Shown here: piece after piece, positions 39,601 through 49,100 of the stretch | Position numbering within the stretch: position 1 is the stretch's first letter | Layout of the letters: each line of letters begins with the position of its first letter | Assembly (NCBI GenBank): GCA_026391255.1 | Contig: JAPLDU010000057.1 | Location: 6,973-70,972, forward strand | DNA length: 64,000 nt | Direction of reading: 5' to 3' | DNA from: Bacteroidia bacterium | Lineage (GTDB): Bacteria > Bacteroidota > Bacteroidia > Bacteroidales > JAPLDU01 | The notes under the pieces: generated by a model | Told to the model about the DNA's origin: nothing | Database searches by the model: none | The model's input: the letters and a program-made list of their open reading frames with translations, nothing else | Translations under genes and position numbers: made by a program

Positions 39601-40067
39601 CGAATGCTCCATATTTTTCTACTACTCCAAGGGCTACACACTTGACTCCCGGTACGGTCTATACTGTTACAGTTACTGATACTCATGGTTGTTCCATTGT
39701 CGGAAGTGTTTTGATTCAGGCAAACCCATTGCAACCACAGATTGTTGATAATGAGTATAACCGTCAGGACAATCAGCAGCAAGTCAATCTGACACCTGTC
39801 ATCGATATTAGTAAAGAAATTACTGTGTATCCGAATCCAAACAAGGAAGGGCGCTTTACTGTTAATTTCGGTACCGTCAATGTGAATAATGCCCGGATTA
39901 AAGTATTTGACCAGTTCGGTAAGTTAATTTACACTGAGTTATTACTTAATAATGAAAACTCCCTGTTCATTCTGAACCTCAATAGTGTAGCTGCCGGAAC
40001 CTATTTCCTGCAGATTAATACTGATCATAACGGAATTCTTAACAAACAGCTCATAATCACCGAATAA
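27063..40067 (+). CDS. Giant SprB-repeat cell-surface protein 'gene A', 3' segment (4,334 codons) ending in a T9SS C-terminal sorting domain
   Basis: ORF-track entry. The same module family continues from codon 27072 (TTNISVTATGGISPYSGTG...). Restoring 4 nt gives 16,029 nt, or 5,343 codons, from 24043 to 40067. The C-terminus matches the Por_Secre_tail pattern. Confidence 0.9.
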   Translation: MQCTTNISVTATGGISPYSGTGTFSVHAGPYSYSVSDANGCSSTTSGFIYEPDQLYIDLSANPSSILCNGGTSTITVGAHGGVSPYQGTGNFIVTAGGHLYTVYDSNGCPASGTIQVTEPTVLNISVSANPNPLLCHGDSATVTVTASFGTPPYTGTGTFKKIAGTYTYTVTDHNGCNASQEITITQPSALVASSSATPILCNGGTSTVSVSASGGTTPYSGVTDYTVIAGSYTYSVTDANGCTAITSITITQPGALALAPTIHNGHCFNANDGYIHLLISGGVTPYAILWSTSETTANIDNLAAGGYQVNVTDANGCQISGSYEISQPPALTVQAHGTDLTCYHNYTGVVWAVVGGGTTPYSYHWINSATTDTVNGLTIGYYSVVVTDANNCIASSDIIINEPDLLIISLSTTNVPCNGGTGTITSFVQGGSGQYAYNWSNGATTANLTVVAGTYIVTVTSGVCIVKDSATIVQPPVLRAQIDSIHNVMCYGDHNGYIYVTVSGGVTPYAYIWTNGATIEDLTGLNGGSYQLTVTDMNNCHVTLSQTISEPLAPLTTAIFGTNLLCYNDFTGTDSLAISGGTTPYYIYWNNGATIQKLNHVASGNYSVTVTDAHGCTSIQSNTLTQPSEIIVQTAVLSNVSCYGLHDGAAYLSSITGGVTPFTIQWTGPNNFTSSDQTINNLYAGTYYVNVFDGNNCPATIHPSVTVTQPDPLVVTYYKQNVDCYGNSTGGIDITVTGGTTPYIYAWSNSATTQDITDLSAGSYTLTLTDYHGCIVDTTITIYQPDAPLMISTYSVHNVNCFGGNDGYINITVTGGTTLYSYQWSNGESTQTTTNLAAGVYSVTVTDAHGCKVYMTFDGFDEVTQPDAPLALDYEVTDVSCNGFSDGNVSLTITGGTPPYIKDWYDHLHNVIGHNAYIDGIPAGNYSVVVTDANNCVISAQMTVNQPVLLTLSDSTSHYHQFQVSCYGSSDGWITVIPAGGTSPYTYLWDIGSTVAHITGLAAGSYHVTVTDAHGCISNITVVLNGPTPVQIPEPVLVNISCHGGNNGSINISPLGGTGVFTYYWTGPNNFTAYSQNINNLYVGTYYITVTDQNGCNADANYSLSEPEALQLSSVLSNYNGFNVNCYANNDGYINTTISGGTSGYTYHWSNGATTGNIMNLYAGNYSLTVTDAHGCIITGAWTLTKPDLLIAQANITSNYHDQNISCNGANDGAACVVGQGGLTPYTYLWSNGATTSCISGLQPISYNVTITDFNGCVSNSNVGGNLPWTYNVTENSAVILLQTNTVLLIGSPAQPIAVGDYIGVFYTNGGNLVCGGYMLWNGSNNSITAWGDDPITVGVKEGFAPGETYTWKIWRPYFGEFNATAAYIPIIPPNPPFSATSHYSNDGISGLLSLISTETLNITHTVIQLHQPAALSLSFNTTNVLCSGGYSGSINLTVTGGTMPYTYLWSPGGATTQNINALQAGMYYVTVMDVNNCSVTGSVQITSPEPLSYEIITNDVSCYGGSDGRVQIIPSGGVSPYTFNWGGYNPVALAAGTYNVTITDHNNCQQVATFDIYQPSVPMTLQYQANNVTCYGYSNGSISLSVEGGTITPCGHYSFSWSGPNYYFNESQNINNLIAGIYTVTVTDCNGCIKIQSVTVGQPDAITIPGLISNYSGYGVSCNGSADGSINITVMGGTTPYIYMWDNLATTEDMSGLTSGVYSVIVHDVNNCMGSASFSLTEPAHITLSAVATSSFVVNGNTYNTTCNGNNGTISLSVSGGSGIYFYHWSYGQTTQNLNGVPAGYYTVTVTDSNGCQAVSNTVNLTAPGPLDVTLSSDNFNGYQIQCNGMTANLYLNWSGGASPYNIYFNNGVFAMNVTGNTYSHSGFAPGTYWAAIYDHNGCGRLSNQFTVTQPAPIQFPPNAVTSVSCHGDGDGSINLTNMLGGVPPFTYQWDYNANWSTAAQITGLPGGSSYYVVVWDANGCSEGTTFTIPEPAPLVYLSNTTGNVSCYEGSNGHITPSVSGGTLPYSYTAMNQSNVLFNQIIALPAGTYSVTVTDAHGCTAVMNGIVITQPVMLMASSSSTSILCHGGNSTVTVSATGGTLPYTGTGTYTVVAGTYSYTVSDALGCNSVTTITVTEPTVLTASSVATPILCNGGNATVTVTASGGTGLISGTGTFNRTAGTWSFTVTDANGCTATTSVTIAQPTPVVVELSATQIACYGGNSTVTVSATGGTGTYTGTGTFTRTFGTWSFTVTDANGCSGSSSITISQPTQLTASASTTIVSCNGGSDGTITLSVSGGITPYSFNWADGPTTQNRSDLTAGTYYVVVYDGNGCFVDVNATITENTLLHAIANPGVILCQGGSTNVVITATGGTVPYSGTGTFTQSVGSHTYTVTDINQCTANILVTLTEPALLQAIATPGFIPCHGGSTSVVITSTGGIGIVTGTGTFTQSVGSHTYTVTDANGCTASTIVTLTEPATLAYTLTINSPLCHGSSDGSIDLNVTGGTTPYTFIWNTGATDQNLTNIGVGSYSVTIYDMHSCSVSGSFVVTQPNALGIQYSITSSTCGLSDGEILITGYSGGTAPYLVTWAHTVSHNPIQLYLAPGNYYATITDANNCELTQVFTVVNFNHLSFVTAPIHNVSCFEGNDGSITLSVSGGFLPLTYLWSNGETTQNAVNLTAGFYTVTVIDANGCTGTTSATVIQAPSLLHSSISSSAVSCPGGSNGALDLTVLGGLTPYTYHWNTGATTEDLSNLPAGNYSVTVTDYYGCQNIPTATVEQPPVIQATFVKSNYNGYNISCFGSATGSIDMTVIGGTTPYTYLWSTGATTQNLANTSNGNASNVTYTVTITDHHGCTQTASTIMTQPGTPNLQFTHPPITTCYGDPIGHITLTVTFTGLTPPPPYTYLWSNGATTQSLTNIPGGIYFVTFTDANGCQTMTQTTLIQPTQVIATATTTTNFNGYNVSCFGSSNGAAIVNATGGNGPYTFKWSDPSGTTNQTISGITAGTFNVTVTDSHTCTATSSVILTQPPAITLSSQITIVNCNGNNTGAIDVTPGGGVLPYLFQWSNSSTTQDISNLVAGFYSITLTDANTCTASASYLVTQSSAINITNPVITKVNCYGSATGMISITVFGGSSPYDFNWSNGSTVQNPSGLLAGPYNLTITDAHGCTKTASYTVTTNPQLTLSGPINNVSCFGGNNGAINIIAGGGVTPYLYIWSDGPTSQNRSVLVAGTYNITVIDAALCSITGSFIVTQPDQLIADDVITDVSCYEGTNGAINLTVTGGTTPYSYVWSNGAHTKDISNLVAGNYSVVITDTHSCTISGAYVVNQPPIFLANTQLVSGISCFGSSDGVVTVVETNGVAPFTYLWSNGGSTATISGLATGTYSVTVTDAHGCVANSVLPPFPWNFTVTSTNHTIAIQPSTVFDIGGSNIQIGDYIGVFYNYGGTLHCGGYVQWTAASASFGTSLAAWGVDVSGDGFVSGEPFNWKIWRSSFGYDVNATAVANPLFDPFNFNNGSLSALQSLTVSPSDIPTDPNQITLTQPTPVTAAIYMISSPITCAGGVTSLIAAPAGGTAPYSFLWSNNVTTQTLNNIPVGTYYLTVTDAHGCTGTAQYIVTGPDPFAFSYSVNEPSCYGYSNGSADVTVTGGASPYTIIWTTIGQFGTHASNLSAITYPLFIIDSHNCTGYSSVSVAQPDAISLFTTVTNINCNGSATGAITLAVTGGTSPYTYNWSNGATTKDISGLVAGTYTVIVTDLNGCTSSTSATVTQSAAIGITYVVTDNNCNYNQIGAINITVTGGTSPYTYSWSNGATTEDISGLTSGTYHVVVTDVNGCTGSTSATVSIINPLFETLKIITPVSCAEGNNGSVHIVINFGHNNITWKDFNNVTLTTSYDAASSTLSNVISGIYYVNVYNLITGCTLLDTVEVTEPDPLTYDAVVTNVSCYKGSNGGVDLTVYGGTTPYTYQWSTGAVNLGTTQDLTNKKAGTYKVIVTDAHGCTFDAIFTLTQPTKITPSVLISNLNCNGDQSGSIDLSVSGGITPYLYNWSTGAHTQDISGLSGGTYVVSVTDENGCVVVNTSVVTEPAVLAVTMSGVNVNCYGGNDGHATALVSGGTTPPINFVWSNGGSNDNISGIYAGTYYVSVYDANGCNALNSIVITEPPQLTLSVIQDVFNSGSFCEALATAGGGSPSYTYQWSNAPYFSTTPRATHLTPGTVYTVTVTDTHGCSIVGSVLIQANPLQPQIVDNEYNRQDNQQQVNLTPVIDISKEITVYPNPNKEGRFTVNFGTVNVNNARIKVFDQFGKLIYTELLLNNENSLFILNLNSVAAGTYFLQINTDHNGILNKQLIITE
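30861..31260 (+). other. Recurrent ~125-aa non-SprB insert domain ('GDY-GVFY/CGG/AWG/WKIW' domain), copy 1 (gene A)
   Basis: LPWTYNVTENSAVILLQTNTVLLIGSPAQPIAVGDYIGVFYTNGGNLVCGGYMLWNGSNNSITAWGDDPITVGVKEGFAPGETYTWKIWRPYFGEFNATAAY...NDGISGLLSLIS. Confidence 0.8.
37215..37595 (+). other. Recurrent insert domain, copy 2 (gene A)
   Basis: FPWNFTVTSTNHTIAIQPSTVFDIGGSNIQIGDYIGVFYNYGGTLHCGGYVQWTAASASFGTSLAAWGVDVSGDGFVSGEPFNWKIWRSSFGYDVNATAV...NNGSLSALQSLTV. Confidence 0.8.
39819..40064 (+). other. T9SS C-terminal sorting domain (Por_Secre_tail / type A-like CTD) of gene A
   Basis: ITVYPNPNKEGRFTVNF....ARIKVFDQFGKLIYTE......FILNLNSVAAGTYFLQINTDHN..NKQLIITE shows the typical VYPNP start, the G.Y.. hydrophobic pattern and the terminal beta-strand. 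Confidence 0.8.
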
Positions 40068-40101
40068 GTAATAAATTTTTAACTGATTTATATGGTTTAA
40101 A

Positions 40102-40129
40102 GATCGGGTGGCCGAAAGGCCATCCGATC
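40102..40129 (+). terminator. Hairpin with a GAAA tetraloop between gene A and gene B (candidate terminator or attenuator)
   Basis: gatcgggtggcc-gaaa-ggccatccgatc forms a 12-bp stem with one mismatch. It lies 35 nt after the gene A stop, followed by AT-rich sequence but no clean T-run. Confidence 0.5.
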
Positions 40130-40153
40130 ATATAATTATAAAAATTCTTAATT

Positions 40154-43100
40154 ATGAAAAAATTATATATTTTATTACCAGTTTTCACATTTGTAGCTTT
40201 ATTTTCTTTAGCTCAGACAATTCCATTCAGTGAAAATTTTGAAGGTTCCACTTCATTGCCCAGTGGATGGACAGTTGAAAAAGCCCCGGGTTCGACCGGC
40301 TGGCTTGTTGGTAATAATTTAGGTTCCGGAGGTTTTACCATACCCTCGCATACCAATTATGCTGCGTCAAATGATGACTTGTGCAATTGTGATATGAGTA
40401 TTGATTACCTTATCACTCCGTCACTTGACTTTAACGTGGGTAGTGGGGTACTCCTTGAGTTTGATGCATTTCTGCCCAGTTATTATTATCCCACTGATTC
40501 AAGGGGATATGTCGAGGTCAGATCCGGTGGCGGACCATGGCAGGCTGTTTATACAGTACCTGTTAACCCTGGCTGGCAGCACCTGGTAGTGGATTTGTCT
40601 GCCTTCGAAGGACAAACTGTACAGGTAGGATTTCATCATAACGATGGAGGTTACCATTCATCCGGTTTCGCAATTGATAATGTTTATATTTACCCCGTGT
40701 TCCAGTATGACGTTGGTGTCGTTTCCTGGGATTCACCAGTTACGGGTTGTTTAAGCAATAATGAATCAGTTACTATTACTGTTAAGAATTTTGGAACCTT
40801 GGCTTTTTCAGGATTTACCGCATATTATTCCATAAATGGTGTGAACAGTACACCTGTAAATGTGACTCAGACCATTCTTCCGGGAGCAACGTATTCTTAT
40901 ACTTTTAGCGCCACAGCTAACCTTTCTGTTGGAAATAACCTGTGTAATGCTACTGTAACAACTTCTGGAGATGGAAATTCAACCAATAACTCTTTAAGCA
41001 GTAATGTTACTGTAAAAAGATATAATGAAATTACCATTCCGTTTACTGAAAACTTCAATACCAATTCCAGTAATTATCTTGAAGTAACATCAAATTCAAA
41101 TGCATATTCTGTGATAAGCGGAGGATACGTTTCAATGACAGGTACAGGAAGTGGTGCTTCCTGGATCGGTGGTAGTGGATTTCCTCCTACAACTGCTTCC
41201 AATGCCTGGAATGATAATATATCCTACCAATCACAAATTGATATTAAATGTGATGGTGGAAATGTTCCTGTAAATACTTCAAAACTTGAACTTTTACTTG
41301 ACTTAAGGCAGGAAATCGTTAATTATTTGAAATATAGCTGGTTCAGTGTTTGGGTGAACGGTATACAAATTGCCGACACTCAGGGTAACCTGAATTTTAA
41401 TCCTTCCACACCTAATTCTGACCCATGGACAACACATACTTTCGATTTATCCGCTTATCAGAACCAGGCATTTACCATTGTTCTGAAAGCATCATGCAAA
41501 AAATCAACGGATGCCGTTTTTATTGACAATATAATTATCAGGCAAAGAAATGTTGCCGATGCCGGTATATACCAACTTCTTTCACCGATCAGTGATTGCG
41601 GCCTGGCAAATCACTCTGATATTATTGTGAAAGTGAAGAATTTTGGACTTGAATCTATTTCCAATATACCTGTATATTATAAAATTGACGGTGGTCCGGC
41701 ATTATTGGCCGGAAATGTTCCCGGTCCTATTTTACCCGGAATGATATCTGCTGCTTATACATTTTCAAATAAAAATACGCCCGGGTTACAAAACGTAGGA
41801 ACTCATAGTTTCGTGATTTATACAGCTCTTCCCGGGGATATATATCATAATGAAAATGATACACTGTCTTCACAAATCATTCATCTGCCTTTGATCAGCG
41901 ATTTTCCATATACCGAGAATTTTGAAGGCACTCAGTATTGGTCGGCAGGAGGAGTCAATTCTTCCTGGCAGCTTGGGATTATGTCTGGTAAAACTGTCAT
42001 GACACTAAATCCCACAGGTTCTAAATCATGGGTTACCAATCTCAGCGGTAATTATAATAATAATGAAGCTTCTTATGTAGAAAGCCCGTGTTTTGATTTT
42101 AGCACTTTAATGCATCCTGTGTTTGAAATGAAACTTTGGTATAATACAGATGCAAATGCCGACGGGGCACAGTTACAGGCAACCTATGATGATGGCGCAA
42201 ACTGGAATATCATTGGTACATTGGCGTCACCGCCAAATTTAAATAACTGGTACAATAATATTGTTTCTGCCCTGGGTGGCCTTGCCGGATGGACTGATAA
42301 CTCAGGTGGCTGGGTTACTGCAAGTATGCAGTTGCCTAATATTTATTCAGGAAAATCACAGGTTAGATTCAGAATATATTTTGCTTCTGATGCTGATAAT
42401 GGTTATCCTGTAGAATCAAATTATGACGGGATTGCATTTGATGATATTAATATTCATGACCTGCAGGCAAATACCGATATCAGGCTGATGAACTGGGCTG
42501 CTCCTTTATCAGGCATTAACCTGACATCAATTGAAACAGTCAGCTTGCATGTTAAGAACCTGGGATTAGGAAACATTACTCATTTCAATGCTTCGTATTC
42601 AATTAACGGCGGAGCTACTTTTACATCCCAGAGTTTCACATATACAATTACTCCCGGCAGTGAAGCTACTGTTAATTTCAGCACACCTGCTAATTTCTCA
42701 ACACCAGGTACCTACAATTGTGTTGCTTTTGTCAGTATGACCGGTGATGAAAATCACCTGAACGATACTATTCATACGACAATTCAAAATACATTGGTAA
42801 TTAATCAATTCCCTTACGCCCAGTATTTCCAGTCAAACAACGGTTACTGGTACAGCGGAGGTACTAACTCCTCATGGGAGTGGGGGGTACCCGCAGGAAT
42901 AACCATTCCGTTTGACTCTACCAGTACAAATAAAGCTTGGGTGACCGATCTTGACGGAGATTACAATAACAATGAGTTTTCGTGGGTGCAAAGTCCGGTA
43001 TTTGATTTCAGTTCATTAATTCAACCTGCAATTTCAATGCGGATTGCTTACGATGCTGAAGGGTATACAAATGACGGTTCAAATCTTCAGTACTCGCTTG

Positions 43101-46100
43101 ACGGTGGAAGCACCTGGACCACGGTTGGCACCGTGGCTGCATCTCCGAATACTGATAACTGGTATGTTAATTTTATCACCAGTCTCGGAGGCGAGCCCGG
43201 TTGGACTGATTATTCAGGAGGTTGGATCAATTCTTATCATACCCTCAGTGCGCTTGGTGGTCAGCCAAATGTGATTTTCCGGGTTTTATTTGGTTCAGAT
43301 GAATCAAATACATTTGAAGGTATGGGCTTTGATGATGTAAGAATTTATGAAAATGCCCCTCATGACCTGCATATGATGGCCTGGACTGCACCTACAGTTG
43401 GTTGCGGACTTGGAAATGAACACATTACTGTTCAGGTAAAGAACGAGGGTTATTTTATTGAGAATAATTTCCAGATTCAATATTCTATTAACGGTGGCGC
43501 TACATTTGTTACCGAAGTAGTTAGTACACCTGTTGCTCCCGGAGCAACTATTAATTATACCTTCAGTACTTTGGCAAACTTCAGCGCACCAGGTACTTAT
43601 AATAGTATTGCCCAGGTTCTTCTGGCTGGGGATGTTACTCCTGCAAACAATAGCATTAACTTCACAGTTAATTCTTCCCCTCTGATCACAATGTTCCCAT
43701 ATATTCAGGGCTTCGAAAGCGGTAGTGACAACTGGGTTGCTGGTGGAACCAGCAGCTCGTGGCAGCTTGGTCATCCTGCAGGTACCATTATTAATAGTGC
43801 TGCAACAGGAGTGGACGCATGGGTTACAAACCTCACCGGCAATTATAATACATCTGAAAATTCCTACGTTGAAAGTCCATGCTTTGATTTCAGCGTAATG
43901 TCTAACCCGACGTTCCAGTTCAAGTACATCAAGAATTGTGAATCCTATGGCAATTTTTATTTTGATGGTGCCAGACTGGAATATTCAACAGATGGAGGTA
44001 ATACATGGAATGTTGTTGGTGCTTATAATGATACAACAAATTGGTACAATGCACCCCAGATTTACGCCTTTGAACTCCAGACCGGATGGTCCGGAACAAA
44101 TCCAAACTGGTTAACAGCAGGTCATAATTTACCGATGCTCGCTCATATGTCAAATATTAAATTCCGCGTTTCATTTGCTTCTGACGATTATAATGACCTG
44201 GAAGGCTTCGGTTTCGACGATGTGAAAATCTATAATGATGTACCGGCCGATATCGGAGTATCCCAGATTACCAGCCCTGCAACCGGTTGCGCCAATACTT
44301 CCACAAGTATCGTGCAGGTTGTAATTAAAAACTATAACGTTACTACATTTGCCGCAGGAAATTCATTCAACGTGGCTTATCAGTTATTTGGATATGCTCC
44401 TGTGATTGAGACAGTGACATTAGCACAGGATCTGTTGCCAAATAATACCATGAATTATTCATTTGCAACCGGCCTTAGTTTACCTGTTAATGGTGGCACC
44501 TATTCATTGACTTCATATACAATTCTTCCTGAAGATGCTAACAATTTCAACGATACCACGGTTTCTTCTGTATTAGTGTACCCAGATCCAGTTATTAATG
44601 AAACGGTAACCAATGTTTCATGTAATAATTTCAGTGATGGAATGATATCAGTTGCCATATATTCAGGCGTTACTTATCATTGGTCAAATGGCCAGACCAA
44701 CTCATCTATTTCAGGCCTGATTGCTGGTGATTACTCTCTTACTGTTACCAATAGTTACGGTTGCCAGACTGTAAAGACAATATCAGTTACCCAACCCCAA
44801 CAACTTATAGCATATTCAACTGCAACTGAGATACTTTGTAATGGAGAAACAACCAACATAACTGTTACTGCCCAGGGTGGTACTTTACCTTATTTCGGAA
44901 CAGGTAATTTCGTGAGACCTGCCGGTACATATCAATTTATTGTTACCGATGCTCATGGATGTACAGCCAGTACAACTATATCAATTACTGCACCTGATGC
45001 ATTATCAGCTTCATCTTCAGTAACAACGGCAATTAATTGTTATGGTCAGACAGGTCAGATAACCGTAAGCGCCCAGGGCGGAACACCACCTTATAGTGGT
45101 GACGGTATTAAATCCGAACATGCAGGCACATATACCTATACAGTGACTGATTCAAAAGGTTGTTCAGCCACTACTATGATTACTATTTCAGAACCTCCTT
45201 TATTAATTGTAAACGCTACTGCTTCTTCTGTACTTTGTAATGGGGGCATAGCAACAGTAACTGTTTCAGCCAGCGGTGGAACACCTCCTTATTCAGGAAG
45301 CGGTACTTTCTATGCTGGTAGTGGAACATATTCTTATACTATGACAGATGCTGCAGGTTGCAGTGCTTCAACCTTGATAACAATTACTGATCCTGTTGCA
45401 TTATCTGCTACATTCTCAAAGTCTGAGTATGATGGTTACAACATTAGTTGTTATAATCTGACAAATGGATATGCAGTTGTTCATGTTTCGGGGGGCACTA
45501 CTCCATATAGTTATCATTGGAACAATGGTGTTACTGTCGATTCTATTGGTAATGTTGGTGCAGGTACTTATCATGTAACCATTACTGATGCTAACGGGTG
45601 CACACTTGGAGGTACTATGAATCCCGAGACCGTTGTGTGGAACTATATCAATACCGGAGATACTCATGAAATTCTGATATCTACGACCTGCACAATAAAT
45701 GTTGATGGAAATATTATTACTTCCGGGGATTATCTGATAGGTGTATTTTACGATTCATTGGGAGTCATGACATGCGGTGGTTATATTGACTGGAATGGTG
45801 CTCCGACAGCATTCCCTGCATGGGGTGCTGAATCTGGTATTATTGACGGTTTTGCTAATAATGAAGCATTTACTTTTAAATTTTTACGTCTTGCTGATAA
45901 TCAGTTAATTGATGTTGATAATGTTCAGTATGATCTTACATTCCAGAACCAGGGATTTTATCAGTCAAATGGCCAAAGTTCATTATTAAGTCTGACAGGT
46001 CATTCCGTCCTGCCGGTGACTACTCCGGATCTTGTCACTACATTAATCGAACCCTCGGCTATTACTATTACTTTTACTCCTTCAAATTATGGTGGATTTA

Positions 46101-49100
46101 ATGTCAGCGCTTTTGGCGCTAACGATGGATTCCTTGTTGCTGTTCCAAACAATGGCATTCCACCTTATAGTTATTTCTGGAATGGTCCAAATGGGTTTAC
46201 AGCTACCACAGCGAATATCAGCGGTCTGTATGCCGGAACCTATTTTGTTACCGTGACTGATGCTTTTGGTTGTACAGGAGTTGCTTCATTTATGATGATA
46301 CAAATATCAAATATGAACATCTCGGCACAATTCCAGAATGCTTCCTGTAATGGCTATTCAGACGGATGGATCGATATTACTGTCACAGGGGGAACAGATC
46401 CTCTGACTTATTACTGGACAAAAAATGGTTCATATTTTGCAAATACTGAAGACCTGACAGGAATTTCAGCTGGTTCTTACATGGTGGTTGTTACTGATCA
46501 ATATTTTTCAACCATTACTTATTCTGTTGTACTTACAGAATCCATGTCATTACCATTGGTTGAGGATTTTGAAGGAGGGGTTTTACCGGCTGGATGGACC
46601 AGATCAAACCAGGAACATTCACACGGATGGGAATTTGGTGATAGTAATTCACTTAGTAGTTTCTTCTTTGACCCACCGGCACATACACTTTTTGCAGCTT
46701 CAAATGATGATTTGTGGGGCTGCGACGATGGTTTTGGCAATGATACATGTAATGATGCATCTGCTGACCTTTTAATTACTCCGATGCTTGATCTTACAAC
46801 TATAAATTATTCTCACGTTACACTGACATTTGATGCATATTATCCAGATAATAGTATTCCGGGTTCAAATGCTACTGTTGAAGCTACAATAGATGGAGGT
46901 TTGTCATGGTATGTGCTTTCCACATTGTCAAATGATCCAAATGGTTGGCAAAATGGTTTAACAGTTTCACTGGATAATTATATAGGATTCTGTAATGTTC
47001 AGATAGGCTTCCGTTATAATGATGGAGGTTTTTGGGCATTCGGATTTGCTATTGATAATGTAAATATTCTTGGAGTGGCAATTCCTCCTAATGACCTAGC
47101 TGTTACTGCCTGGGATTCACCTGCTGAAGATATTTGTAATGCCGGTAATAATGTACCTGTTACCATTACAATTACAAATGATGGTTCTGTTTCAGTCAGC
47201 GGATTCAGCGCTTCTTATTCCATCGATGGTGGATTGACCTATGTTACCGAGATAGTTCCAAATGTAATTCCTCCGTTAGGGTCAATAAATTATACATTCA
47301 TTCAGACGGCCAATTTCTCAGTTATTGGAACTTATCATTGCATTGCCTCAGTGACTATTGCCGGTGATGCTAATTTAGCCAATAATGTAATATCCGGAAT
47401 TACTGTCAATACCCATTCGAATATTTCTTCATTCCCATATCTTGAAAATTTTGAGTCCGGCACCGCAGCTGATTTTAAACTGGAAGCCTCAAGTGATGCT
47501 TCCATCTCAATCGGAAGTGATGGGTCAGATTTGTCATTGATCATGGCAGGTCAGAATCCTTCAGACGGATGGTTCGGTGGCTTAAATGCCACTGCCAATG
47601 ATGCATGGAATCTGAGCATTGTTCATCATGCAGATGCTCAGACATTTTGCCCAATTAATGCAAGTTCAATGTCTTCGCTTATATTATTACTCGATCTGAA
47701 GCAGGTATTTGAAACATCACCCACCAACAGTTGGTTCAGGGTGTTGGTTAACGGTAATCCTGTGGCTGATGTGAATGGACATACTGATTTCAACCCGACA
47801 ACAATGAGCGATCCGTTTGTGACTCTGAAATATGATCTGGATGCTTTTGCAGGAAGCAGTTTCATGCTTGAACTACAGGCATGTGACCGTGATTACCTCG
47901 ACAAAGTATTTGTTGATAACGTAATTTTAAGAGCAAAGAATAAAGATCTGGCAATCACAGCAATTAATTTACCTGTTGAAAAATGCCAGATGACAAATAG
48001 CGAAGCAGTTGAAATTACTGTTAATAACCCAGGTGAATTGGCTGTTTCATTCTTTGATGTTTTCTTCCAGGTTGATGGTGGTACAATTGTGACTGAGTCT
48101 GTAAACCATCTTATTAATCCCGGTTCATCGTATGTTTATTCTTTTACAGGAACTGCAGATCTTTCTCTTTTAGGAAATCATTCTCTTTTGGCAGGGGTAA
48201 ATCTTGCAGGAGATATGAATACTACAAATGATATGATGGCAAAGAGTTTTGAAACAAAACCTTATATTTCTTCATTCCCTTATTTATCTACTTCTTCTGA
48301 ATTGCAGAATTTCTGGACACCCGGTGGTACAAACAGTTCCTGGATATTTACATCAGGTACCTATTGGAAGACTGGTGTGACAACTTATAATAATAATGAG
48401 AACTCATATGTTGAAAGTCCCTGTTTTGACTTCTCATCATTGATTAACCCGGTATTTGAATTTAATATCAATTACCAGACTGAATTTGATCAGGATGGCG
48501 CTTCGCTGCAGTATTCAACGGATGGTATTAATTGGTATACACTTGGAAATACAGGAGATCCGAATAACTGGTACACATATTCCAATAAATGGACCGGATC
48601 AGGTCCCGGATCATTTGTGATTGCAAAACATTTGCTGAATGGTTTGGCAGGCCAATCCAACGTGAGATTCAGAATTAAATTCGTATCTGATGCAAATGGA
48701 GTTTATTATGGATTCTCTTTCGATAATGTAAAGATTTATGAAATGTTCGATTTGGGTATTACTGCTTTGACGCCAGCATCAGGATGCCCTGGAACTTATA
48801 TATATCCGACGGTTACCATAAAGAATTTCAGCATGGTTAATATACCTGCCGGTACAGTGATTCCTGTTAATTATCAATTTAACGGTGGATCCACAATTAC
48901 TGAAAATGTTACTCTTGCTGCTGATTTACTGGCTAATGGTACTACCTCCTATTCTTTTTCCAGTGGTTTTGCGTTACCTATGTCAGCTACTTATAACATT
49001 AACGCCAGTACAGGTTATCTTAATGATTTAAATTCAACAAATGATTATTATTACGGATCAGTTGTTTCTCTGCCTCTTCCAATAGCTGAAGCTGGTAATG

